From IMG/VR virus record IMGVR_UViG_3300032296_003307, positions 62,001-126,000 of that record: a stretch of 64,000 nt of DNA, one strand, 5' to 3'. Both the position numbers and the translations under genes were made by a program. The notes beneath the pieces are model-generated. The model worked only from the letters and a program-made list of their open reading frames with translations, was not told where the DNA came from and ran no database searches. This document shows positions 9,776-18,224 of the stretch, piece after piece; the stretch's first letter is position 1, and each line of letters starts with the position of its first letter.

Positions 9776-9829
9776 GTTTTTTCATTACTTTTTAATTAGA
9801 ATTAATATATTTATAATAAATGAAAAAAC
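9776..9829 (+). promoter_or_regulatory. Inverted repeat covering the HNH start codon, with the late promoter in the loop
   Basis: GTTTTTTCATT (9776-9786) pairs with AATGAAAAAAC (9819-9829); TATTTATA at 9808-9815. Confidence 0.75.
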
Positions 9830-10410
9830 GAGAACATTACACAGGAAGACCTAAGGGTTTATCCAAAAAATATAAAGAATTAATTTATATAGGGGCTAAA
9901 TTTGGTAGTTGGGAAGTAATTAGTGAAGAAGTAATAAAGAGTAATTACGGTAAAAACACAATTAGATGTAGATGTAGATGTGGTAATGAAAAAAATGTTG
10001 ATGTTTACACATTAGGCAAAGACTCACAAAGTTGTTTTAATTGTGGTCATAACAAAATAGGTTCTGAGCATCAAAATTATAAGGGATATAAAGAAATACC
10101 TCAAAAATGGTTTAGTAGATATACACGTAGAGATAGAGAATGCAATATTAAAATAGAAATGATATATGATTTATGGCTAGAGCAAGATAAAAAATGTGCT
10201 TTAAGTGGAATCCCTATTGACTTTAAAAATACAAACCCAAACCCAAAAAACTATAGATGTAATGCCTCTTTAGATAGAATAGATTCTACAAAAGGTTATA
10301 TAATAGGAAATATACAATTAGTACATAAAGACATTAATAGTATGAAAAGTGATTTTGAACAAAATTACTTTATTAAAATGTGTAAATTAATATCAATAAA
10401 TAATGAATAA
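9820..10410 (+). CDS. His-Me finger (HNH-like) homing endonuclease
   Basis: CRCRCG, CFNCG, CALSG and ASLDRIDSTKGYIIGNIQLVHKDINSMK. Confidence 0.8.
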   Translation: MKKREHYTGRPKGLSKKYKELIYIGAKFGSWEVISEEVIKSNYGKNTIRCRCRCGNEKNVDVYTLGKDSQSCFNCGHNKIGSEHQNYKGYKEIPQKWFSRYTRRDRECNIKIEMIYDLWLEQDKKCALSGIPIDFKNTNPNPKNYRCNASLDRIDSTKGYIIGNIQLVHKDINSMKSDFEQNYFIKMCKLISINNE

Positions 10411-11494
10411 AAAAATATTAGCATGGCTAATTACTTTTTGTGCTTTAGGATTAGGAGGCACAGCAGCTTATTACAGTGTAATAGGTTTGTCTAAAATGTT
10501 TGCTGGAGTTTCAACAGCTGTTATAATTATGGCTAGCTTTTTGGAAATTTCTAAATTGACTTTAGCTACTTTGTTACATACTTATTGGGAACCTTTAAGT
10601 AAACTTTCTAAAATATATTATATAATTTCATTAATTATATTATCTTTAATAACATCAGCAGGAATATACGGAATGCTTAGTAGTGGATACCAAAAAACAG
10701 CAGACCAAACCAGTATTGTTGAATCTAAAATTGCTGCTTTAGAATCTAAAAAGAAATTATTTGAGGAAACCAGAGACAATATTTTAAAAGAAAAACAATC
10801 TATAGCTAATTTACAAGGTAGTTTATCTCAAGCATCTACTACTCAATACACAGATAGAAAAGGTAATCTAGTAGTAAGATCAAATGATGCAGCTATCCGT
10901 AATATTGAATCAGCTTCTAAATCAAATGAAAAACTATCAGCCAAAATTGATGTGGTTAATGATTCTATTTTTTCTATTGAATCTAAAATTCTAGAGGTTA
11001 AAACAACATCAACTGCCGAAAGTGAATTAGGTCCATTAAAATACTTAAGTAAACTTACAGGAATTGCTATGGACCGAATCATTAACTGGTACATATTAGT
11101 TATTATATTTGTGTTTGATCCATTAGCTATTGCTCTTGTTATAGCCGCTAACTTTGCTTTTGCTCAACTTACTAAACGTGATAAAACACCTGTTGAAGAG
11201 CAAGTAGATGATTTAGAAGAGGAAATGAAAGAGTGGGAAGAAGCTAGTTTGACAGATCTTCATATTTTAGAAAAAGAGGAAGAGGAACAAGTTAAAGAAG
11301 AATCTATTGTAGAAAACCATGATACAGAACGTGAAAAAAAGGTAGAGGAATCTTTGGAAAGAATAGAACAAATGACTCATAATATAAACAGTGTGGAATT
11401 TTATAAAAAAGAAGCAACTTTGAATGAAATTCAAAAATTAAGGGAATTTTTAAAATCAAACAATAAAGACGAGGATACTATAACTTATTTTTAA
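10403..11494 (+). CDS. Multi-pass membrane protein with long coiled coil
   Basis: Three N-terminal hydrophobic helices, coiled coil, further TM segment (IFVFDPLAIALVIAA), acidic tail. Confidence 0.75.
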   Translation: MNKKILAWLITFCALGLGGTAAYYSVIGLSKMFAGVSTAVIIMASFLEISKLTLATLLHTYWEPLSKLSKIYYIISLIILSLITSAGIYGMLSSGYQKTADQTSIVESKIAALESKKKLFEETRDNILKEKQSIANLQGSLSQASTTQYTDRKGNLVVRSNDAAIRNIESASKSNEKLSAKIDVVNDSIFSIESKILEVKTTSTAESELGPLKYLSKLTGIAMDRIINWYILVIIFVFDPLAIALVIAANFAFAQLTKRDKTPVEEQVDDLEEEMKEWEEASLTDLHILEKEEEEQVKEESIVENHDTEREKKVEESLERIEQMTHNINSVEFYKKEATLNEIQKLREFLKSNNKDEDTITYF

Positions 11495-11530
11495 AGTTAT
11501 TTAGAATCATTCTAAATGAAAAAAAGATTT

Positions 11531-11550
11531 GGAGGGGCGAAAGCCCCTTC
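11531..11550 (+). promoter_or_regulatory. GC-rich GAAA-tetraloop hairpin inside a promoter spacer
   Basis: GGAGGGGC-GAAA-GCCCCTTC between TTTGG (11528) and TACATT (11552); similar stem-loops at 49443-49460 and 53891-53910. Confidence 0.7.
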
Positions 11551-11578
11551 GTACATTCATATCATAATAATAAGAGTT

Positions 11579-11809
11579 ATGTTGAATCACGAAATTTATG
11601 AAGCAGAGCAAGAGTACAATAAGTATCAAGAATTGATGTTTGGTAAAGAAATTCTTACTCAAGAAGAGTATGAGTTTTGTTTTTCTTGGGACCATGAAGA
11701 GACTCGTATTTCAACTACTAAAATAGGAGAAGGTCGTTACTTAAACCTTAATGTGTATTCTGAGGTTGAAAAAGAAGAATATGATTTAAGGAGAGAAATG
11801 GGTATATGA
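11579..11809 (+). CDS. Hypothetical protein
   Basis: ATG after promoter and AGTTATG context; the track's upstream extension is unlikely. Confidence 0.6.
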   Translation: MLNHEIYEAEQEYNKYQELMFGKEILTQEEYEFCFSWDHEETRISTTKIGEGRYLNLNVYSEVEKEEYDLRREMGI

Positions 11810-12318
11810 TTACAATTGAAGATTTTTGGGAGTGGAAGTCCACTTATGATCCTGCCCCTCCAAAACCAAATAAAACATACAATAAGTTTTTTTGGTGGAG
11901 GCGTTATCAAGAACACAAGTCACTACCAAAAATGGCCTCTATTTGGGATAAAGCAGCCAATGGTGATTATGATGTTTCACCTTATTGGAAACAACGTGAG
12001 TGGGAGTATTGGTTTGAAGATCAAGAAATTGCTAAATTCAAATCTACTTACACAGGTCATATAGAAAATTTTAGTTGGGCTGAAAGACAAATTACAAAAT
12101 TGTTTTGGGAGCGTAGAAAGCGTTTACTGAATGATGCTGAACGTGATGAATACAATCGTTGGCAATTGCTTATGAAGGATCTTAAAAATAATTTTGGTGG
12201 TAACGAAGATGATATCAAAGCAATGTTTGAATCGTTTGAAGGTACAATGATAGAATTTATCACCGCTTATCGTGATTCAAGAAATCTTCCTAAAATTCAA
12301 CCTCCTCCTAAATTTTAA
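11806..12318 (+). CDS. Hypothetical Trp-rich protein
   Basis: 170-aa ORF coupled to the upstream gene. Confidence 0.65.
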   Translation: MITIEDFWEWKSTYDPAPPKPNKTYNKFFWWRRYQEHKSLPKMASIWDKAANGDYDVSPYWKQREWEYWFEDQEIAKFKSTYTGHIENFSWAERQITKLFWERRKRLLNDAERDEYNRWQLLMKDLKNNFGGNEDDIKAMFESFEGTMIEFITAYRDSRNLPKIQPPPKF

Positions 12319-12354
12319 TTTGATAAACCCAGTATTTATTATTATATTACAGTT

Positions 12355-13131
12355 ATGAAAATAAGTCATGAAGTACCTTTATGTTTGCTAGAAGATAGTC
12401 TTTCATTTAACGATTATGATTATGCTTTAGTTCATTTATTAGATAAAGATGAAGACTACGCTAATTTTTTTATAAAAGCAAAACAACAAGGTCGTTATAT
12501 TATTTTAGATAACAGCTTACATGAACTTGGAACAGCATATCATGATTCAGGTCTAATACACTGGGTTGAAAAATTATTACCAAATGAATTTATTGTACCT
12601 GATGTTTGGCAAGATACAACTCAATCAATTGTTAATGCTAGAAAATGGGCACAAATTGAATTACCTAAAGAAGTTACTAAAGTAGCAGTAGTTCAAGCAG
12701 AAAGTTTAACAGGTGCTATGCTTTGTTATCAAACCTATAAAGATTTAGGTTATAAGAAAATAGCATTCTCTTATGGTGCTGATTATTATTTGAATCATTC
12801 ATCTCATCCTAATAAAAATATTGCCAAATCTTTAGGTAGAATTGAGGTAATAAGCAAATTATATAGTATGGGAATCATTTCAAAAAATGATAGAGTACAT
12901 TTATTAGGATGTCAGGTACCACAAGAATTTAGTTGGTATAAAGATATGCCCTTTATCGAAACAATTGATACATCTAATCCTGTTATGGCAACTTTAGATG
13001 GTATTAAATATGGTGAAAATGGTTTGACAGAAAAGCCAAAAGCAAATATGAATGACCATTTTTATACAACAGATATAGATTATGATTTGTTGGATTGGAA
13101 TTTAAAAATGTTTAGAAAATTATTAAAATAA
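12355..13131 (+). CDS. TGT/DpdA-like TIM-barrel base-exchange enzyme, divergent
   Basis: IILDNS, IVPDV, AVVQ, VHLLG and IDTSNP match the order of the TGT-fold D-S-G / H-x-L-G / D-S motifs; upstream of queC-queD-queE-folE. Confidence 0.6.
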   Translation: MKISHEVPLCLLEDSLSFNDYDYALVHLLDKDEDYANFFIKAKQQGRYIILDNSLHELGTAYHDSGLIHWVEKLLPNEFIVPDVWQDTTQSIVNARKWAQIELPKEVTKVAVVQAESLTGAMLCYQTYKDLGYKKIAFSYGADYYLNHSSHPNKNIAKSLGRIEVISKLYSMGIISKNDRVHLLGCQVPQEFSWYKDMPFIETIDTSNPVMATLDGIKYGENGLTEKPKANMNDHFYTTDIDYDLLDWNLKMFRKLLK

Positions 13132-13137
13132 AAGTAT

Positions 13138-13293
13138 ATGAGTAAGTTTGAAAAAATTTTTAACAAAGGTGTTATTATCATCAATGTTTTGGCTGGGCTG
13201 GTTAGTATTATCTGTCACAACTATGTGTTAGGTATGAATCAACTACTTGTGGCTTGGTTTGCATTTTTGTATTACAACGAAAGGAAAAAATAA
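13138..13293 (+). CDS. Small two-TM protein (51 aa)
   Basis: Translated by hand: MSKFEKIFNKGVIIINVLAGLVSIICHNYVLGMNQLLVAWFAFLYYNERKK. Confidence 0.55.
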   Translation: MSKFEKIFNKGVIIINVLAGLVSIICHNYVLGMNQLLVAWFAFLYYNERKK

Positions 13294-13296
13294 GTT

Positions 13297-13509
13297 ATGG
13301 AACAAATGTTATCACTTTTTGATTACCTAGGTTATGCTGCTGGTTCTAAATTAGGTAAAGATGTAGCAAAGGCCGCAGCAGCCGAAAAAGTTGGGTTCCA
13401 AACTAAAATAGTACAAAATCCAGCCTATTCAGGAGAAATAATGATGTATCCAAAATCATTTTTGGATAAATTTTTCAAAGGAGATGTTAACGACGATTTA
13501 CCCTTTTAA
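13297..13509 (+). CDS. Small protein ending in an SSB-like tail DDLPF
   Basis: C-terminus GDVNDDLPF. Confidence 0.65.
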   Translation: MEQMLSLFDYLGYAAGSKLGKDVAKAAAAEKVGFQTKIVQNPAYSGEIMMYPKSFLDKFFKGDVNDDLPF

Positions 13510-13511
13510 TT

Positions 13512-13673
13512 ATGAATACAAAATCACACCCTTCAAAACCAATGAAAGATATTAATTCGGCTTGGGAAGCAGAAATTAAAAAACAATTAGATGCCGTTTG
13601 GGAAAATCGTTTTCGCCTAAGCTTGAATAACCTAGAAACCTTACGTAAATTAGCTAATAAAACAAAAACATGA
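13512..13673 (+). CDS. Small hypothetical protein (53 aa)
   Basis: Translated by hand: MNTKSHPSKP...LANKTKT; stop overlaps the queC stub ATG. Confidence 0.5.
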   Translation: MNTKSHPSKPMKDINSAWEAEIKKQLDAVWENRFRLSLNNLETLRKLANKTKT

Positions 13674-13696
13674 ATAAACAAGCAGTATTGTTTTAA
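13670..13696 (+). pseudogene. Dead 5' stub of queC (MNKQAVLF*)
   Basis: AAACAAGCAGTA shared with the queC start (MNTNKKQAVLS) on the other side of the HNH gene. Confidence 0.7.
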
Positions 13697-13702
13697 AAGT
13701 TT

Positions 13703-13751
13703 ATGTTTTTTTATGGGGGTTATAATATTTATAACCGCCATAAAATTACAT
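13703..13751 (+). promoter_or_regulatory. 23-bp imperfect hairpin upstream of HNH containing the late promoter
   Basis: 13703-13725 pairs with 13729-13751 with 3 mismatches; TATTTATA at 13726-13733 spans loop and 3' arm; ATG at 13756. Confidence 0.75.
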
Positions 13752-13755
13752 TAAT

Positions 13756-14415
13756 ATGCCTAGTAAAGAATATATGAAAGAGTATAGGAGAAATAAAAAT
13801 CCTAAACTCAAAGAAAAAGAAGAACTTGCACAACAAGAAAAAAAACGTTGTACAAAATGTTTAGAAATAAAACCTTTTAATTCTTTCACCCCCCAAAAAG
13901 CAGGATTTATGGGATTAAAATCTCAATGTAAGGAGTGTGATTGTTTATATGATAAACATTTTCAATCTAAAACTAACTTTAGATCAGAACGAGATAAAAC
14001 AGATAAAGCTAAACAATATAGAAAAAATTATGTAGCTGAAAACTTAGACTGGTGGAGAAAATATGAAAGAGAATATAGATATAATCGTAGAAGAGAAGAT
14101 ATGTTTTTTAAAATAAAAGGAAACCTATCAGGACGACTATCTGATTTAATAAATAAAAGAAATTTATCTACTAATACTTTTGAACTTATAGGATGTGATA
14201 GAGAAACTTTTTTACAATATATTGAAAAACAATTTGTAGAAGGAATGACATGGGAAAATTATGGTTTAAAAGGATGGCATATAGATCACATAATTCCTTT
14301 ATCTTCTTTTGATTTAACTAACGAAGATGAAGTAAAGAAAGCATGTTATTATACTAATTTACAACCTCTTTGGTGGGAAGATAATTTAAAAAAAGGAAGT
14401 AAACTTGGAAATTAG
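13756..14415 (+). CDS. HNH homing endonuclease
   Basis: CTKC...CKEC zinc ribbon; WHIDHIIPLSSF...NLQPLWWEDNLKK. Confidence 0.88.
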   Translation: MPSKEYMKEYRRNKNPKLKEKEELAQQEKKRCTKCLEIKPFNSFTPQKAGFMGLKSQCKECDCLYDKHFQSKTNFRSERDKTDKAKQYRKNYVAENLDWWRKYEREYRYNRRREDMFFKIKGNLSGRLSDLINKRNLSTNTFELIGCDRETFLQYIEKQFVEGMTWENYGLKGWHIDHIIPLSSFDLTNEDEVKKACYYTNLQPLWWEDNLKKGSKLGN

Positions 14416-14439
14416 AAAAAGATTTATTATATTAATATT

Positions 14440-15318
14440 ATGAACACAAATAAAAAACAAGCAGTACTTAGCCTCTCAGGAGGATTAGATTCAAGTACTT
14501 TATTATTACATTTGTTAGCTAATGGGTATGAGGTTTGTGCCCTTTCTTTTGATTACGGACAAAAACACTCAGTTGAACTTGAACGTGCTAAAGAATTAGT
14601 AAATTATCTTAACCAAGAACAAGATTATCAATTGTCCTATATTGAATCTAAATTTAGCAAAATTAAATATCAAGTAATTAAACTTGATGGTTTATCTCAA
14701 TTACTTAATTCAGCACTTGTAACTGGTGGAGCAGAAGTTCCTGAAGGACACTATGCTGAAGAAAATATGAAAGCAACAGTTGTTCCTAATCGTAATAAAA
14801 TCTTTAGTTCAATTATTCAATCCGTTGCTTTATCAATTGCTAATGAAACTAAAGAAGAAGTTAAAATTGCTTTAGGGGTACACAGCGGTGATCATAGTAT
14901 TTACCCAGATTGTACTGAAGATTGGAGATCAGCAGATGAACATGCTTTTAAGGTAGGTAACTGGGATTCACATTTGGTAAATTATTATACTCCATATATG
15001 GAAGGAAACAAATTTACTATTTTACAAGATGGAGAAAAATGTTGTGAACAACTAGGTCTTGATTTTGATGCAGTATACAAACGTACTAATACATCTTACA
15101 AACCAATCAAACATGTAATTTTTTATGATGATGAAACCTCAAGTGAAGAATGGTTTTCTGATTACAAATCAGCATCTTCAGTAGAGCGAGTAGAGGCATT
15201 TATAAAATTAGGTAGAAAAGATGCTGTATCTTATGCTGACGAATTCGGACCAGTAACTTGGGAATTTGTAAAAGAGTACGTATCTTCCGTGTTAGATGAG
15301 TATCAGAAGACAATATAA
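14440..15318 (+). CDS. queC: 7-cyano-7-deazaguanine (preQ0) synthase
   Basis: SLSGGLDS PP-loop, FDYGQKH, VVPNRN, YPDC. Confidence 0.92.
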   Translation: MNTNKKQAVLSLSGGLDSSTLLLHLLANGYEVCALSFDYGQKHSVELERAKELVNYLNQEQDYQLSYIESKFSKIKYQVIKLDGLSQLLNSALVTGGAEVPEGHYAEENMKATVVPNRNKIFSSIIQSVALSIANETKEEVKIALGVHSGDHSIYPDCTEDWRSADEHAFKVGNWDSHLVNYYTPYMEGNKFTILQDGEKCCEQLGLDFDAVYKRTNTSYKPIKHVIFYDDETSSEEWFSDYKSASSVERVEAFIKLGRKDAVSYADEFGPVTWEFVKEYVSSVLDEYQKTI

Positions 15319-15511
15319 AAAATCAAAACCATTTCCTCAAATGTATGTAATACTTAACAAGTATGGACAAGTATTTACAGGAATGAAAAAAGGTTATATC
15401 CAATGGTCAGACAATTGGCTAGAGGCTAAACCTTTATTCGAAGAAAATACTACATTATTACTACAAGAAAACAAAGGAGCAGAACTAATTAAAGAAGAAG
15501 AATTAATATGA
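15296..15511 (+). CDS. Hypothetical protein
   Basis: 71-aa ORF overlapping both neighbours. Confidence 0.55.
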   Translation: MSIRRQYKKSKPFPQMYVILNKYGQVFTGMKKGYIQWSDNWLEAKPLFEENTTLLLQENKGAELIKEEELI

Positions 15512-15753
15512 AACAAATATTTTATTTTACAGCAGACTGGTGTCAACCCTGCCAATCATTAGGACCAATTATGGCTAAAGTAGCCCAACAAATACCTGTT
15601 GAAAAAATCAATATTGATTATGAAGCAGATAGAACAAAAGCAGCAAATGTAATGAGTGTTCCTACTGTTGTTTTGGCTCAAAACGGACAGGAACTTCGTC
15701 GATTTGTTGGTGTTAGAAGTTTTGAACAAATAATGCAATTTATCAATGGGTAG
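15508..15753 (+). CDS. Thioredoxin-family protein
   Basis: WCQPC active site, SVPT cis-Pro loop. Confidence 0.85.
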   Translation: MKQIFYFTADWCQPCQSLGPIMAKVAQQIPVEKINIDYEADRTKAANVMSVPTVVLAQNGQELRRFVGVRSFEQIMQFING

Positions 15754-16210
15754 TTTTAGATCAACAAAAGTATTTGATGGTTACTCAACAGTATTCCGTC
15801 AATGGAAAGCAGAAGGAACACATTGTAGGTTTCTTCATGGCTATGGAGTAAGTTTAAAGGTGTGGTTTGAAGGTGAACTTGATGAACGTAATTGGGTTTG
15901 GGATTTTGGAGGTATGAAACGCGCTAAAGGAACTATTGATGGTATGAATCCTAAAGCATGGTTAGATTATATGCTTGATCATACTACAATTGTAGCCGAA
16001 GATGATCCATATTTAGAAAGTTTCCAACTAATGGAAGAAAATGAACTCATCCAACTTCGTATCATTCCAGCTACAGGAGCAGAACGTTTTGCTGAATATT
16101 TTTATAATAAACTAAATGATTTTGTTCAAGCAGAAACAGAAGGTCGAGTTAAAGTAGTACAAGTTGAATTTAGAGAACACGAGAAAAACACAGCATTTTA
16201 TAAAGGATAA
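15746..16210 (+). CDS. queD: 6-carboxytetrahydropterin synthase-like (QueD/PTPS) variant
   Basis: HCRFLHGY, WVWDFGG, LDHTT, GAERFAE, FREHEKN. Confidence 0.78.
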   Translation: MGSFRSTKVFDGYSTVFRQWKAEGTHCRFLHGYGVSLKVWFEGELDERNWVWDFGGMKRAKGTIDGMNPKAWLDYMLDHTTIVAEDDPYLESFQLMEENELIQLRIIPATGAERFAEYFYNKLNDFVQAETEGRVKVVQVEFREHEKNTAFYKG

Positions 16211-16212
16211 TT

Positions 16213-17025
16213 ATGGATAGTAAAGTAACAGAAAAACAATGGTTAATTGAAGAACCAGGTCGTATTGAAGATTATAATAAAAAACTCCCAATACTTGAAA
16301 TTTATACCTGTGTACAATCAGAGGGTTCAAGACAAGGTCGTCCAACAGTAGCAGTTAGGGTAACAGGTTGTACTCATAGATGCTGGTTTGGTGCCGGAGG
16401 TTGGTGTGATTCTTGGTACACAAGTATTCATCCTGAAAAAGGTATTTACTGTTTTAATGACATTGTTAAAATATATGATGAAAATCCTCATATTAAGGAA
16501 ATGATGTTAACAGGTGGTTCCCCTACTATGCAACCAGCATTGGTTAATGAGTTGACTCGTTTTGCCTATAAAAGAGGTATTTTGATTACTATTGAAACCG
16601 AAGGTTCTCACTTTATTAAAACAGATTTTCCTATTGGTTTAATTTCTTTAAGCCCTAAATTCAGCAATTCAATTCCTAAAATTGATGTTAATACTCCTAT
16701 GGGAAAATTGGTTGACCAAAAAATGATTGATCAACATGAAAAGTTCCGTTTAAATAAAGAGGTAATGAAAATGATGATGGAATACCATACTGAATATCAT
16801 TTTAAACCTGTATGGGATGGAACAGAGGAAAACCTGGCTGAAATTGAGGCATTCAGAGTTGAAATGAATATTCCAAAATGGAAAACTTGGTTGATGCCTG
16901 CTGGTGATACTAGAGAAACTCTAATTGAAATGTATCCTATCTCAATTGAAAAATGTATGGAAATGGGTTACAACTGGACTGGTAGAGATCACATTATTGC
17001 TTACGATACTAAGAGAGCCGTTTAA
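16213..17025 (+). CDS. queE: 7-carboxy-7-deazaguanine synthase, radical SAM
   Basis: VQSEG, CTHRC-x7-C cluster motif, TGGSP, IETEG, SLSPK. Confidence 0.88.
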   Translation: MDSKVTEKQWLIEEPGRIEDYNKKLPILEIYTCVQSEGSRQGRPTVAVRVTGCTHRCWFGAGGWCDSWYTSIHPEKGIYCFNDIVKIYDENPHIKEMMLTGGSPTMQPALVNELTRFAYKRGILITIETEGSHFIKTDFPIGLISLSPKFSNSIPKIDVNTPMGKLVDQKMIDQHEKFRLNKEVMKMMMEYHTEYHFKPVWDGTEENLAEIEAFRVEMNIPKWKTWLMPAGDTRETLIEMYPISIEKCMEMGYNWTGRDHIIAYDTKRAV

Positions 17026-17426
17026 TGGATCTACTCTCAACTCATCCAGTCAAAAAATTAGATTTAGGTTTCCACGGCAATCTATTCGGAGGTAAATTAC
17101 TCTCCTGGATAGATGCCGCGGTTGCCGCTTATGCTATGGAAAAATGTAGAAGCCAAAACATGATTACTGTAGCAATGGACAGATGTGTTTTTAAAAAACC
17201 AGCCAAAGAAAAAAATCTAGTTAAAATTTATGCTGATGTTTTGAAAATAGGAAACACATCAGCTACTTTTAGGGTAGAGGCAAGAGCATACAATGTTTTT
17301 AGAGGTGATGAAGTTACATTATTAGAAACAAGCATGACTTTTGTAAGAGTAGATGACGAAGGAGCTCCTATATCCATTTCCCAAACAGTAAAAGACAAAT
17401 ACAAAATTCCTGAATCTAAACTTTAA
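17025..17426 (+). CDS. Hotdog-fold acyl-CoA thioesterase (YciA-like)
   Basis: DLGFHGNLFGGKLLSWID, FKKP, IGNTS, MTFVRVD. Confidence 0.8.
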   Translation: MDLLSTHPVKKLDLGFHGNLFGGKLLSWIDAAVAAYAMEKCRSQNMITVAMDRCVFKKPAKEKNLVKIYADVLKIGNTSATFRVEARAYNVFRGDEVTLLETSMTFVRVDDEGAPISISQTVKDKYKIPESKL

Positions 17427-17439
17427 TATTTATTAAAAA

Positions 17440-17685
17440 ATGAAACCAAAATTAACTTATTTTTATAGCGATACCTGCCCCAAATGCAGTGAATTAGAAC
17501 CCCTAGTAAAAGAATTAGAACAATTATTTGAAATTACTTATGTAGATACTTACGAAGATGATCTACTTACAGAATCAAACAACATTGAATGGATTCCTAC
17601 ATTTGTGTTGGAAGATAAAGATGGAAAACATAAATTTGAAGGCGCAAAACAAATTAAAGAGTTTTTAAGAAAAATCATTTCATGA
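17440..17685 (+). CDS. Thioredoxin/glutaredoxin-like protein
   Basis: CPKC motif, WIPT. Confidence 0.7.
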   Translation: MKPKLTYFYSDTCPKCSELEPLVKELEQLFEITYVDTYEDDLLTESNNIEWIPTFVLEDKDGKHKFEGAKQIKEFLRKIIS

Positions 17686-18182
17686 TACTATTTACAGAAA
17701 AAGAAATCCAAAACAAAGTAGGAGAGATTGCCTACAACCTTAAAAAAAGACATCACGAGGAACCTCCTGTGTTTATATGCGTTTTAAACGGCGCTTTCAT
17801 GTTTTTTACGGACTTGGTGAAACACATGGAAGATTGCCATATAGACTTTATACGCGCGAAATCTTACGAAGGAACCACACAGGGTGAAATATACATTACC
17901 AAACAAATAGAAAGTGATATTACTGGAAAAGATGTTTATTTGGTTGATGATATCTATGATTCAGGTAATACTATGAATCGTTTGATAAAAAACATTAGTT
18001 ATGGTAATCCAAAATCAATTACCCCAGTAACATTGTTTAAAAGACATACCTCCAAAAACCCTGATCTAATTTATGGTTTTGATTTAGAAAATGAATACTT
18101 TTTAGTGGGTTATGGTTTGGATGGAGAAAATGATTTAAAAAGGAACCAAAAATACATCACTGGTATAATGAGTGAAGATTAA
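17682..18182 (+). CDS. hpt: Hypoxanthine/guanine phosphoribosyltransferase
   Basis: CVLNGAFMFFTDL, KSYEG, PRPP loop VYLVDDIYDSGNT, FLVGYGLD. Confidence 0.88.
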   Translation: MILFTEKEIQNKVGEIAYNLKKRHHEEPPVFICVLNGAFMFFTDLVKHMEDCHIDFIRAKSYEGTTQGEIYITKQIESDITGKDVYLVDDIYDSGNTMNRLIKNISYGNPKSITPVTLFKRHTSKNPDLIYGFDLENEYFLVGYGLDGENDLKRNQKYITGIMSED

Positions 18183-18224
18183 TTTTAATTTGGTTTTTAT
18201 AAAAAATATTATTATATTATTGTT

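Noticed and set aside
14440-15318. QueC lacks the canonical zinc-binding cysteines (TNTSY...SDYKSASSVER)
   Set aside because: From recollection this matches the Cys-less QueC type of Flavobacteria, so it is a host-lineage clue rather than a novelty; should be confirmed by BLAST
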